Positions 8,646 to 18,652 of a stretch of DNA of 64,000 nucleotides are shown here, piece after piece. The DNA comes from Spirochaetales bacterium. Lineage in GTDB: Bacteria > Spirochaetota > Spirochaetia > JABEVK01. The stretch's first letter is position 1. Every line of letters starts with the position of its first letter. Under the pieces are notes generated by a model. It ran no database searches and was not told where the DNA came from. It was given only the letters and a program-made list of their open reading frames with translations. Made by a program: the position numbers and the translations under genes. The stretch spans positions 332,471 to 396,470 of the forward strand of contig JBAXAI010000001.1 of NCBI GenBank assembly GCA_037142615.1. Direction: 5' to 3'.

Positions 8646-9822
8646 GCTCTGGTCGTTCCCAGACAAGCTTCAGCAGTCTCTGGAGTGTCGTGCCCACCTC
8701 GGGACCGGGGTTCAGTCCCGCTTGAATAAGGTCGTTGCCATTGACGGCCAATTCGGCGAGAAAAACAGGGGTTCCCGGCCGTTTCAAAGCCCGCAGCTCC
8801 TCAACGGTGTCCTGCGAAGGCAAAATGGCTCCAGACCGACTTAGGCACTCCAACACCGCCGCATGGTGTTCAATGACTTCTCTGGAGTTCCAATGCGACA
8901 GGATGGTACGGGAGCGTTCCAAGAGGGTTGAGCGGGACTCCAAAATGCGGATGGCCAGCAGCGGAGCCATCACCGAAGTGACCTCCAGGCTTGAGAGCTT
9001 GAGGTTTCTCAGCGTTGGCTCCCAGGAGCTCCTTTCCATCGCTGAACCAGCGGCAAGCCAGACAGACAAGCGCTGCAGGGGGTCGAGGAGCGCCCAGCAC
9101 TCGTACACCTCGGTAGCCAGCGGAATACATGCAAGTCCAGGGAACAGGAGGCGCAGCACACCTTGTTGCTCCAATGTGGGCCAAATGCGTGACACCGCCG
9201 TTGAGCCAAGGATCTTGAGCAGTTCGTCCCGGATCCGCTCACGCGAGACACTGCTCAGGTTGGGACTGAGTTCTACGGCTGCATCGAAGGTGCGTGGATC
9301 CCAGCCGAAATCGAATTGAGCCGCAAAACGAAAGAAACGGAGAATTCGAAGTGCGTCTTCCGTGAAGCGGTGAACGGGGTTGCCTATCGCTCGCAGGATC
9401 CTTTCCGACAAGTCGCTTTGTCCCCCATGAATATCGAGCAACTCTCCGTTACTAAGGTCGACTGCCATTGCATTGATGGTAAAGTCCCTTCGACTGAGGT
9501 CCTCTTCCAGGTTGGAAGTGTAGGTGACGCTATCGGGTCGGCGAGCGTCAGAGTAGGTTCCGTCAATGCGAAAGGTCGTTACCTCGAAGGCCTGTTTCCG
9601 GTAGAGTACGGTCACAGTCCCATGGCGGATTCCGGTCGGAATCACTCGGGGGAAGTAGGACATCACTTCGCCCGGGGTTGCATCGGTGGCAAAGTCCAGG
9701 TCGCTCGCACCGAGCCCCATCAGAAGATTTCTGACAGCACCCCCGACGAGATAAACCGAACGGCCGTGTTGCACAAAGACCTCAGAAAAGGGATGCAGCT
9801 TACTTAGCAGTTCGTCAAACAT
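8602..9822 (-). CDS. cca: CCA-adding enzyme / poly(A) polymerase family tRNA nucleotidyltransferase
   Basis: VYLVGGAVRNLLMGLGASDLDFAT is the head-domain motif. 406 aa. Its 3' end overlaps rnc convergently by about 44 nt. Confidence 0.75.
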   Translation of the reverse strand: MFDELLSKLHPFSEVFVQHGRSVYLVGGAVRNLLMGLGASDLDFATDATPGEVMSYFPRVIPTGIRHGTVTVLYRKQAFEVTTFRIDGTYSDARRPDSVTYTSNLEEDLSRRDFTINAMAVDLSNGELLDIHGGQSDLSERILRAIGNPVHRFTEDALRILRFFRFAAQFDFGWDPRTFDAAVELSPNLSSVSRERIRDELLKILGSTAVSRIWPTLEQQGVLRLLFPGLACIPLATEVYECWALLDPLQRLSVWLAAGSAMERSSWEPTLRNLKLSSLEVTSVMAPLLAIRILESRSTLLERSRTILSHWNSREVIEHHAAVLECLSRSGAILPSQDTVEELRALKRPGTPVFLAELAVNGNDLIQAGLNPGPEVGTTLQRLLKLVWERPELNERLALLSFLKSQ

Positions 9823-9837
9823 GCAACTACGTTAGGG

Positions 9838-10509
9838 TTGTACAAAACGAAAAGTCAAGTTTATCTTGGAGCCATGATCACTGCCATCCTTTCTTCCGGA
9901 GAACTGCTCAGTGGGGACCGGTTCAGAGGCCTTTTGCGGCAGTGTACGACGATCATCGCCGCCGACCGAGGTTTGTTGATGTTGCAGGGTACCGGCTTTG
10001 TTGCCGATGTGGCCGTGGGAGACCTCGATTCACTGCAGGAAAGTGGGTTGCCTTGGCGAGACTTGACCAAAGAAGTCCAAGCCTATTCATCTCACAAAGA
10101 CCTCACAGACACGGAATTGGCTGTCGAATTGGCTTTGGGTTCCGGTGCAGGATGTCTTTGGTTGTTCGGTGGAGGAGGGGGCCGGATGGACCACTGGCTC
10201 TCCAACTTGCGACTTTTCGAGAGCTCTCCAGCCATTGGGCGATGGTACACGCCCTTTGACATCGGATTCAGGTTGGGTGAAGGCTTGTCTTTGAGGCTTT
10301 CCGATGGCCGGGTCTCGGTATTTCCGGTCGGGCTCGGCCCCTGGCAGGCCTCCAGCCAGGGGCTCAGATGGCCGCTGGACCAGGTCGATTTTTCACGTTG
10401 GCACAGTTTGAGCAATGTCGCTCAGACGGGGGCAACAATCGAGTCTCAGCAAGGCGAGTTCCTGGTTCTTCAGGATTGGACCGGCGAATTGTTGGAGTCC
10501 CAAGCGTGA
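9838..10509 (+). CDS. Thiamine pyrophosphokinase (probable)
   Basis: 223 aa. IIAADRGLLML...VGDLDSL pattern typical of TPK catalytic and thiamine-binding domains. Confidence 0.55.
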   Translation: MYKTKSQVYLGAMITAILSSGELLSGDRFRGLLRQCTTIIAADRGLLMLQGTGFVADVAVGDLDSLQESGLPWRDLTKEVQAYSSHKDLTDTELAVELALGSGAGCLWLFGGGGGRMDHWLSNLRLFESSPAIGRWYTPFDIGFRLGEGLSLRLSDGRVSVFPVGLGPWQASSQGLRWPLDQVDFSRWHSLSNVAQTGATIESQQGEFLVLQDWTGELLESQA

Positions 10510-12254
10510 GCTCCACTTTTGAGGACCTTTCGGACTCCATTTCCCTTGACGAAAAGAAGGCACTGCTGGGGAAAATTCAGGCGAGTCTGAACCTGTCGGT
10601 AAAAGACACCGATAGCATCATCAGCAAGGTCGATGGCCCCGAGGAATTGCGCCACCGACTGACAAAAGAGGCCGAAAACCTGGGACTCCTTGAGCGTTTG
10701 GTCCTGCGGATCACGGGTTTCTTTCGCAGTCAGGCGGTTTACGAAGTCATGGCAGAGCGTAAACTGGCGCAGACGCGTGAGACACTGAAGACGAGGATGG
10801 GTTCCTTTGTTCATTGGGGACGAGAGGAACTGACCCCCGAGTTTGCAAAACGAGTTTACGATTTGTACTTTGACGCCGCCGCGCTGAGACCGGTGTTCGA
10901 TCAACTGTTTCAGCAACGTCTGACGCTGGAGGCCGGGGTCCTGCACCTATTGGCCGAAGAACATCCCGATGCTGCACATCAGCTCACTGATCTGTTTCCG
11001 GCGGATGAGATGGCTCGTCTTTACCGCTCGGAGCAGAAGCGGGGCGTGCTCCAGCAGCAACTCAGGAAGAAGCTTGAGGTCTACCTCATGGAGTTTCCGT
11101 CAGGAGTTCTTGAGCGCGTGAAAGGACGGCTCAAACCCGTCTACTACTTCAAACACGTTGTCAATTACCCCTTTACCTTTCTCTTGGACCTGTTTGGGCA
11201 CAATCCCGACAAGTCGGACCCCGTCAAGTATCCATACTTTGTCGGTTCGTCCTGGAAGAAGGCAGCCGGCTACCTTGAGCGCCTTTACTATGGAATCTAC
11301 CTTTGCACCAAGGTGGACTGGCAGGAAGGGTCGCTCAATGTCCTTGTTCAGGGAGTCGTTGACCGCATGGGTGACTCAAAAGGTGCTCTGACCGTGGAGC
11401 AGGTCAATAAACACCTAAGTTCCCTTCACACAACGGCTTTGGAACTTTCCACGAGGATTCCCTGGAAGGAATTGCTGCAATGGAGCTTCGGCGACCCTTA
11501 TTACTCGGTGAAGTTCTACCTTCCCAAGTTCTCGCTCAAGGAGTTCTACCAAAACACGCTCGAAATGCGTTTTCTGGAGCAACTTGATGACCTGCTGCCC
11601 CAGGTAAGGCAAGAGATTCTGACTTCGGAGCGCGCAACACTGTTTCAAAACGGCAACTACCAACCACTTGAGTACTATGTGCCCGGAGTGGGAACAGCCC
11701 TCGGTGGTCAACACCAACTCAAGGGCTTCCGCTATCCGGAAGCCCTCGGAATGCTTTGGGGCTTCCTAAACCAGCATTTCCTGCGCAAACATGTGCCCTT
11801 CCTTCAAAGCATGGGACGGATGTTGTATCAGGCCAACAAGAATCTTCTGCAACCCATGACCAACCTCGCCGACGACATGGTCAATCTGCGCGAGAAGGTT
11901 GCACGCTTTGACAAATCCCTCCATCCGGATATGGAGGAGGGTAAGGAGTTCCAGAAACTCAAGTACGAATTGGCGACAAAACCCACCAGCTATAAGCCGT
12001 TCATTCAGCTCGTCCAGAACAAAGACGATCAGGCCCGCGAGCTTGTTGAACGGGGAATCGAGAACCTGCAGGCGATGGCAACGTTCCTGTTCAACCTGCG
12101 AGAAAAAAACATACCGGTTGTGATGAATGTCCTTGCTATGCCTTACCTACTCGAGGGGCAGCAAGAAGATATTGCTCATGGGCTCGAAAGGATGCTGGTC
12201 GTGCTCCAAAAGACAGTCTTCATACTCAAGGAAGCAATCACCCTTGAAAGTTGA
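10506..12254 (+). CDS. Large hypothetical cytoplasmic protein (about 582 aa from the GTG at 10506), mostly helical, no recognisable family
   Basis: Long ORF with coding-like composition, translationally coupled between TPK and glgA. Start placed at the GTG at 10506 (overlapping the TPK stop) rather than the upstream ATG at 10368. Confidence 0.5.
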   Translation: MSSTFEDLSDSISLDEKKALLGKIQASLNLSVKDTDSIISKVDGPEELRHRLTKEAENLGLLERLVLRITGFFRSQAVYEVMAERKLAQTRETLKTRMGSFVHWGREELTPEFAKRVYDLYFDAAALRPVFDQLFQQRLTLEAGVLHLLAEEHPDAAHQLTDLFPADEMARLYRSEQKRGVLQQQLRKKLEVYLMEFPSGVLERVKGRLKPVYYFKHVVNYPFTFLLDLFGHNPDKSDPVKYPYFVGSSWKKAAGYLERLYYGIYLCTKVDWQEGSLNVLVQGVVDRMGDSKGALTVEQVNKHLSSLHTTALELSTRIPWKELLQWSFGDPYYSVKFYLPKFSLKEFYQNTLEMRFLEQLDDLLPQVRQEILTSERATLFQNGNYQPLEYYVPGVGTALGGQHQLKGFRYPEALGMLWGFLNQHFLRKHVPFLQSMGRMLYQANKNLLQPMTNLADDMVNLREKVARFDKSLHPDMEEGKEFQKLKYELATKPTSYKPFIQLVQNKDDQARELVERGIENLQAMATFLFNLREKNIPVVMNVLAMPYLLEGQQEDIAHGLERMLVVLQKTVFILKEAITLES

Positions 12255-12564
12255 TCTGGAGTTCGTCTTCTTCCGCCTTCTGGTGTTCTTCTTCCTCATG
12301 ACAATCATCCTGCTGACGATGTATCTGCTGGGTACCTACCAGAGCTTCATGGATAACACTTTGGTCACGCTTTTCTCGGCCTTCCGCTTCTTCGCCTGGC
12401 TCGGTCTGCTCATGTCCATTTTCTCGCAGGTGTTATTGTTGTCAAAGAAAGCGGTGACTGTACTTCGCCGGGTGTCAAATCTGTTGATTCTGGGCTTTTT
12501 TGGTTGCCTGTACTTCTTGGTTGAGTTCCTCAAGGCGTGGATCTACCCCGGAACACTTCCTTGA
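12244..12564 (+). CDS. Small integral membrane protein (about 3 TM helices), hypothetical
   Basis: Hydrophobic segments FVFFRLLVFFFLMTIILLTMYLL, LVTLFSAFRFFAWLGLLMSIF and LLILGFFGCLYFLV. A possible TTG start at 12244 overlaps the upstream stop; start uncertain (the ATG at 12298 is an alternative). Confidence 0.35.
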   Translation: MKVDLEFVFFRLLVFFFLMTIILLTMYLLGTYQSFMDNTLVTLFSAFRFFAWLGLLMSIFSQVLLLSKKAVTVLRRVSNLLILGFFGCLYFLVEFLKAWIYPGTLP

Positions 12565-14114
12565 GGCGTATCTGGTTGCTTTCCCGGGAAATGGAGGGCT
12601 GGGCCGAAGCTGGGGGGATCAAGGACGTTGTTCGAGATCAGGCCGTGGCCTTTGCCCGGTTGGGCTGGGAAACAAATGTTGTCCTTCCGCTCTACGGGTT
12701 TCTGCGACCGAAGGTCTTCGCTCAGGCGGCACTCCTCTGGCGAGGTTCGAGCCAGCACCCAGCCTTCGATGAGAACCCGATCGAGGTGTGGACCCTACAC
12801 CAGGCCGAGATGACACTTCACTTTGTTCGCATTCCCTCGTTTGAGGATAAGGACGGAATCTACACCTATTCCAGCGAGGACGCGGATCCTCAAGCCGGGA
12901 AGGTCAAAGGAACCGGGTACCTTGATACCTTCAAGATGAATCTTGAGTACCAGTGGGCCATCACCGACTATTGGTTTGCCAACCAAATAGAGCCCCAGTT
13001 CGTCTTGGGGCACGATGGTCACGCGGCGTTCTTGCCTGCGATTGCGCGGACCCACCCGGCGTATCGGGGCCACTTTCTCAGCACGAAGTTCTCCGTGCTG
13101 ATTCACAACGCAGGTCTAGGGTACCGCCAGGAGATGCCCGACTCGCCGTTTCACCGCGAACTGCTCCATTTGCCACTTCCCGTCCAAAAGCAGTGCCTGC
13201 TGGAATCTTGGCTCGATCCTATGGTTTCGGCCAGTCACCATGCGAGCCTTGCAACGGTGAGCGTGAACTATGCGCTCGAGCTCACCTCAGGCAAGAATGA
13301 CCATTGGTCAGGTACCTTCGGCCGCTTTCTGCGCGAGAACAGAGTTCCCCTGAAAGGGATCAACAACGGCATCGGGATGGATGACAAGGATCCTCGGAAG
13401 CAGTTGCAGCCGGGCTTCCCCCCATTTGACCCCTCAACTGGCGACTGGAAGGGAAAAACCCTTTGTCGCAGCCTCCTGCGGGAGCGAATTCTTTTGACTC
13501 CGTCTCTCATCCATGGTCGGATTTCCAACTGGAACAAGACGTTGTACATGAACCAAGGCCGATTGACGGGACAAAAGGGGATTGCCGCGCTCTGTGATCT
13601 CATCGAGAAGGCCCTCACTGAACAACCAGACGCTATCTTCATCGTAATGGCTCAGGGAGAACGTAAGTTCGAAGAACGACTCCTGTGGCTGGCCCGCAAT
13701 CACATAGAAAAGGGCCGTATGCTGTTCATCAACAAGTACGAGGACGGCATGGCAAGGCTGCTGTTTGCCGCTGCCGATTTTCTCGTGATTCCTTCTGAGT
13801 ACGAACCCTGCGGACTGACAGATCTCAAGGCCCAATTGATGGGAACGCTTCCTATTGTTCATCGCGTGGGGGGATTGGTTAAGGTCCTTGATGGGGTCAC
13901 AGGGTTCTCGTATTCACGCCACACCAGACCCGGGTTGTGGGGGGTTTTTCTCAAGACTTTGGAGTTGCAGAGGTCCAACCGGACCCAACTTGACCACATG
14001 CGCCGCACCGCCTTCGCCTCGGTACTTGAGAACTCGCAGTGGACCAGGATTCTCGAAGAGCACTACATTCCATGGTTGACACAAAGCCCAGCCTTTCCTA
14101 TCGTAGCTCAGTGA
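12537..14114 (+). CDS. glgA: Glycogen synthase (ADP-glucose-type glycosyltransferase)
   Basis: N-terminal REMEGWAEAGGIKDVVRDQAVAFARLGWETNVVLPLYG is the GlgA signature block (substitution variant of the KTGGL block). C-terminal GT-B fold motifs IPSEYEPCGLTDLKAQLMGTLPIVHRVGGL. Confidence 0.85.
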   Translation: MDLPRNTSLRRIWLLSREMEGWAEAGGIKDVVRDQAVAFARLGWETNVVLPLYGFLRPKVFAQAALLWRGSSQHPAFDENPIEVWTLHQAEMTLHFVRIPSFEDKDGIYTYSSEDADPQAGKVKGTGYLDTFKMNLEYQWAITDYWFANQIEPQFVLGHDGHAAFLPAIARTHPAYRGHFLSTKFSVLIHNAGLGYRQEMPDSPFHRELLHLPLPVQKQCLLESWLDPMVSASHHASLATVSVNYALELTSGKNDHWSGTFGRFLRENRVPLKGINNGIGMDDKDPRKQLQPGFPPFDPSTGDWKGKTLCRSLLRERILLTPSLIHGRISNWNKTLYMNQGRLTGQKGIAALCDLIEKALTEQPDAIFIVMAQGERKFEERLLWLARNHIEKGRMLFINKYEDGMARLLFAAADFLVIPSEYEPCGLTDLKAQLMGTLPIVHRVGGLVKVLDGVTGFSYSRHTRPGLWGVFLKTLELQRSNRTQLDHMRRTAFASVLENSQWTRILEEHYIPWLTQSPAFPIVAQ

Positions 14115-14115
14115 T

Positions 14116-14187
14116 GCCAACTTAGCTCAGGGGTAGAGCACGTGATTTGTAATCTCGTGGTCGTCGGTTCAATTCCGACAGTTGGCT
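14116..14187 (+). tRNA. tRNA, probably tRNA-Thr (anticodon TGT)
   Basis: Cloverleaf with acceptor GCCAACT/AGTTGGC, D-arm GCTCAGGGGTAGAGC, T-arm GTCGGTTCAATTCCGAC and anticodon loop containing TTTGTAA. The anticodon stem has one mismatch, so isotype is less certain. Confidence 0.6.
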
Positions 14188-14227
14188 TGACAAAGCTTTG
14201 CTGTTCGTTTAATTTTTGTCCGTCTTC

Positions 14228-14309
14228 GGGGAGATTCCAGAGTGGCCAAATGGGGCAGACTGTAAATCTGTTGCGAATCGCTTCGTAGGTTCGAATCCTA
14301 CTCTCCCCA
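14228..14309 (+). tRNA. tRNA-Tyr (anticodon GTA), class II with long variable arm
   Basis: Acceptor GGGGAGA/TCTCCCC, anticodon stem-loop CAGACTGTAAATCTG, T-arm GTAGGTTCGAATCCTAC, discriminator A. Confidence 0.8.
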
Positions 14310-14311
14310 AC

Positions 14312-14340
14312 AAGCCTTCTTTGCGGAAGGCTTTTTTTTT
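14312..14340 (+). terminator. Rho-independent terminator after the tRNA pair
   Basis: AAGCCTTC-TTTGC-GGAAGGCTT followed by T9. The next CDS start (ATG at 14342) abuts the T-tract. Confidence 0.5.
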
Positions 14341-14341
14341 G

Positions 14342-14785
14342 ATGTTGGAACCTTTTTACAAAGATGGTCTGAAGTTTGAGTGTACTCAGTGTCACGCGTG
14401 CTGTCGGCACGATCCGGGGTACGTGTTTCTTTCCCGGCCTGACCTCCAGGCACTCTGCCAGCAGTTGCATACTTCAGAAAACGACTTTGTCGAACGCTTT
14501 TGTCGCTGGGTTGACTTGGGTGACGGCCTAGTGCTGAGCTTGAGAGAAAAAAAGAACTTCGATTGCATCTTTTGGGATCAGGGTTGCACGGTGTACGCAA
14601 GCCGCCCTGTCCAGTGTCGAACATACCCGTTCTGGGAGAGTCCACTGAAATCACTCGAAAGCTGGACCTGGGAAGGACGTTACTGCCCGGGAGTCAACCG
14701 CGGTAAAGTCCATACCCAGAAAGAGATTGAGGCTGCACTGGCGAAGCGCCGCGAGTCACCGGTCATCCGGGGAGGACAACTTTGA
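14342..14785 (+). CDS. YkgJ-family cysteine-cluster (putative Zn/Fe-chelating) protein
   Basis: CTQCHACCRHDPGYVFL...FDCIFWDQGCTVYASRPVQCRTYPFW has the CxxCxxCC signature. Start moved to the internal ATG at 14342 because the longer ORF overlaps tRNA-Tyr. Confidence 0.6.
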   Translation: MLEPFYKDGLKFECTQCHACCRHDPGYVFLSRPDLQALCQQLHTSENDFVERFCRWVDLGDGLVLSLREKKNFDCIFWDQGCTVYASRPVQCRTYPFWESPLKSLESWTWEGRYCPGVNRGKVHTQKEIEAALAKRRESPVIRGGQL

Positions 14786-15729
14786 CCTTCCGCTTTTGGG
14801 GAACTCGGGGTTCGGTGCCGACACCTTTGTCACCGGCTGCCGTAAGGGCCAAGATCTCCTCAGTCCTGCAGCGGGTCAAAGCCATCGATGTAGCGAGCGT
14901 CGAGGCCAAAGAACGCTTTCTCGCGGGTTTGCCTGAGGAACTGTTCGGACACGTAGGTGGGAACACGACCTGTCTGGAAGTGGTTTCCCAACAGCAAACT
15001 GATGTTGTCTTCGTAGATGCGGGTACGGGACTGGTTGAGGCAGGCAGGTTCTATGAGACAAACTCAAAGGGACCCGTCCACTACCACATTTTTCTCACGC
15101 ACTTTCACTGGGACCACATCCAGGGACTGCCCTTTTTTCCGGGGCTCAACCGAAGTGAAAACACGATCACACTCTACAGCCCGGTCGGGGGGTTCGAGCG
15201 TTTCATCCACGAACAGATGCGGGCCCCATTTTTTCCTGTGCCGCTCTCTATTTTTCCGGCCCGCGTTGAGTTTTCGGAGCTCAAGGGCAGTCGGGTGACT
15301 CTGGGTTCGCTGATCGTTACCTGGAAGACAGTGCAGCACCCCGGGAGTTGTGTCTCGTATCGGTTTGATGCTGATGACAGAGCACTTGTCTTTAGCACCG
15401 ATACCGAACTCAGAGCGGCTGATTTTGTGAAAACCGGTGAAAACAACAAGTTCTACGAGGCCGTGGATGTGCTCGTGATGGATGCCCAATATACCCTCGG
15501 CGAAGCCATTGAAAAGGCAGACTGGGGTCACAGTTCAGCAAGCCTGGCCGTAGATTTTGCCGTTGAGTTTCACGTGAGATGCTTGTATCTCTTTCACCAT
15601 GAACCGTCGAATAGTGACGCCAAGATCGAGGAAATTGGCAGGCTGGCGCAATGGTACGCTGACCACAAGAAGGCTGGACATTTGGAAGTCAAGTTGGCCC
15701 GAGAAGGCCGTTCGCAGGTCATCACTTGA
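14782..15729 (+). CDS. MBL-fold metallo-hydrolase
   Basis: HIFLTHFHWDHIQGLPFF (HxHxDH metal-binding motif). 315 aa. 4-nt overlap with the upstream gene. Confidence 0.7.
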   Translation: MTFRFWGTRGSVPTPLSPAAVRAKISSVLQRVKAIDVASVEAKERFLAGLPEELFGHVGGNTTCLEVVSQQQTDVVFVDAGTGLVEAGRFYETNSKGPVHYHIFLTHFHWDHIQGLPFFPGLNRSENTITLYSPVGGFERFIHEQMRAPFFPVPLSIFPARVEFSELKGSRVTLGSLIVTWKTVQHPGSCVSYRFDADDRALVFSTDTELRAADFVKTGENNKFYEAVDVLVMDAQYTLGEAIEKADWGHSSASLAVDFAVEFHVRCLYLFHHEPSNSDAKIEEIGRLAQWYADHKKAGHLEVKLAREGRSQVIT

Positions 15730-15895
15730 GTAGCCTTGCCATTGAACTCCCAGAGACCGAAGCAAGGGCCTTGATCCGACTGCTGCATGACAGAGACCAT
15801 CAGGATGCCTTTCCTGAACTGTACGGCCAACTCCAGAAGCATTTCTTCGAAATGATGACGATCAGTGAGTTTCAGGCATTGGTTGGAGAAGATCT

Positions 15896-16885
15896 ATGAA
15901 ACTGTGGCTGCGTTTGGTGCTGGGAGGCGCCATGATTGCCCTTCTTTCGATGGGCATAGGCCTTGGTTGGCTCTGGAACGAAAACAAACCTAGCCCCGAT
16001 CGTGGAACGGTGCAAGTCACCATCCCGTCAGGAGAAGCGCTGGCAATCACCGCAGGCAGGCTGCAGGACCTACGGATCATTCGTTCCGCTGTCCTGTTCA
16101 AGTTGGTTGTTCAATTGAGCGGAGGTTCCAAAGCCTTTCCGCTGGGCACCTTTGCAGTACCCAGCGGGATGTCGGCCTTGGGGCTCGCCCAGTGGTTTCG
16201 AACCTCCACACCCATCCAAGTCAGGGTTACCATTCCCGAAGGTTGGACTGCGACCAAAATCGCTAGACTTCTGGAGGAAAAACAGGTTGTTGGTTCCGCA
16301 CAGTTCCTCGACAAAGTTCGGGCCGACTCTTTGGAGGGAACTCTGTTTCCTGACACGTATCTCTTTCCTTTGGGTGCCTCTGCCGAAGAGGTCGTTCGTG
16401 TCCTGGTACGGAACTTCGCCGAAAAGACATCGCCCCTTACTGGGGGTCTGGACCCCCAGTCTCTCCATAACGGTATTGTGATGGCCTCGATTATCGAACG
16501 GGAATACCGGGTCACTGACGAAGCTCCGCTGATCGGTTCGGTGTTCTGGAACCGATTGCAACGAGGAATCCCGTTGGCCTCTTGCGCGACGATCGAGTAC
16601 ATCCTTACAGAGATTCAGGGACGTCCCCACCCAAAACGCATCTTCTTTGTCTATACCCAGATCGAAAGCGCCTTCAACACCTATTTGCATAAAGGACTTC
16701 CCCCACAACCCATTTGCAACCCGGGCCTGACTGCTCTCAAAGCCGCCTTTCAGCCCGCCAAGTCAGAATACCTCTACTTTGTTGTCGCGGACCCAGGGAA
16801 GGGTTCACACCGATTCTCCAGTTCTTACGCCGACCACGAAAGGGCCCGCGAGCAGTACCTGAATACCTACATCTCAAAGAGCTGA
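15896..16885 (+). CDS. mltG: Endolytic murein transglycosylase MltG (YceG family)
   Basis: N-terminal TM anchor, then a YceG-like domain (...FAVPSGMSALGLAQWF..., IIEREYRVTDEAPLIGSVFWNRL, GLPPQPICNPGLTALKAAFQPA). Confidence 0.8.
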   Translation: MKLWLRLVLGGAMIALLSMGIGLGWLWNENKPSPDRGTVQVTIPSGEALAITAGRLQDLRIIRSAVLFKLVVQLSGGSKAFPLGTFAVPSGMSALGLAQWFRTSTPIQVRVTIPEGWTATKIARLLEEKQVVGSAQFLDKVRADSLEGTLFPDTYLFPLGASAEEVVRVLVRNFAEKTSPLTGGLDPQSLHNGIVMASIIEREYRVTDEAPLIGSVFWNRLQRGIPLASCATIEYILTEIQGRPHPKRIFFVYTQIESAFNTYLHKGLPPQPICNPGLTALKAAFQPAKSEYLYFVVADPGKGSHRFSSSYADHERAREQYLNTYISKS

Positions 16886-16886
16886 A

Positions 16887-18652
16887 ATGCTTTACGACGA
16901 AAAACTTCTGCAGGAGATTCTAGACAAGACCGACTTGGTCGAACTGGTAGGACGTTCGGTCACTCTCAAGGCGAACGGAAAACGCTGGTGGGGTCTATGC
17001 CCCTTCCATGATGAGAAGTCGCCGAGTTTCACCGTTAATGCAACCAACCAGTTCTTCTACTGCTTCGGTTGTCAAGAAAAAGGAAACGCGTTCGGCTTTG
17101 TCATGAAGCACGATCACCTCAGTTTCCCCGAAGCGGTCAAAGCGCTTGCTGCCTCGGCGGGCGTAGTGCTCGGAGAAGCCGCGGAACTCACGCAAGGGGA
17201 CAAGGAAAGGATGGCCTTGCATGAGTTGCTCGGGCGCCTTACGGGAACGTTTCACCACCTTTTGAATACCCATCCGGAGGCCGGAGCCGCCCGCGAACTG
17301 CTCAATCGTCGTGGTGTATCAGCCGAAATGGTCCAGAAGTTTCAGCTAGGCTACGCACTGCGTGAGTGGGGTTGGATGAAGAACTTCCTCCTCCAGAAGA
17401 GCTATAGCGAAGAGTTTCTGGCCCGTTCAGGACTTTTTAGCTCGCAGAACCGGGATGCCTTCCTTTTCGGGGGTCGTTTGCTGTTTCCGATCCGAGTCAC
17501 ACCCACCGAAACCGTAGGCTTTGGTGGCAGGCTTTTGGGCGATGGTTCAGGTCCGAAATACCTCAATTCTCCCGAAACCCTCGTCTTCCTGAAACGAAGG
17601 ACGCTCTATGCCTGGGATCAAGCACTACCCTCAATCCGAGAACGGCAGCAAGCTGTTCTTTGCGAAGGCTACATGGATGCTATCGCCCTGCATCAAGCCG
17701 GAATCACTTGGGCAGTGGCACCCCTCGGAACCGCCTTTACCGAAGAGCAGGCCCAACTCCTAAAACGTTACTGCCGTTCAGTTATCTGCCTCTTTGACAG
17801 TGACGAAGCCGGCCAAAAAGCCACTACCAAGGTCATCGAAATCTGCGAACCTCTGGATCTCAACACTTTTGTCGCCCGAACCGTCGGCAGCAAGGATCCT
17901 TCGGAACTCCTCGAAAAAGAGGGGCCACAAGCGCTTCGTCAAATGCTGGAAGAACCCAAGAAAGGTTTTGATTTTCTCGTCGATTTTCGCTATACTGCGT
18001 ATTCAGCGAACTCGAATGTCGACCTGCGAGGATTCCTGAGCGAGATGTTTGCCTTCTTGAGGCGCATTGCCAATGGAACCCTTCGGGAGACCTTCTTGAA
18101 CACGCTTGCCGGCTACTTGGGAGTGCAACGGGAGACCTTGAAAGAAGACTTTGACAAGGGAGACGCCAAGAAGACTACCCGGGCCCTGTCAGGTACTGTT
18201 GTTTCGGTGGTTGATTCCAAGTCGGTTCGGAGCGTTGAATGGACGCTCATGATGGCGGTGATGACCCAGCCTTCGCTTTTCGGGCGTCTGCGACGGGATT
18301 TCAGTCCTGAGACACTGACCGAGTCCAGGTCGAAGGAACTTTTTGAGGTTCTCGACGGACTCGCCCTGACCGAGAATGGAGCGTTCCCATTGGAAACCGT
18401 ACTTGAACGGGCTGGTGATGCAGCGTGGAAGGAAGACCTGGTTCGAAATGTGATGTCAGGCGAGTTTGAGGCAAACGCAGGTCAGGTGATCGACGATGGT
18501 CTGTTGTATTTGAAAAAGAGAAAGCTGATGCTTCAGAGGAAGCGGGTTGGTGAGAGGTTGCGACAGGTGGCGGGAGATTCTGAGGAAACCCAGAGGTTGA
18601 TGCAGGAGATTCTGTTCTTGGACCGGGAAATCACCCGCATGAAGGGGAATGT

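Noticed and set aside
14216-14341. N-terminal extension of the YkgJ-like ORF
   Set aside because: The extension overlaps tRNA-Tyr and its terminator. The internal ATG at 14342 gives a protein starting just before the conserved Cys cluster.
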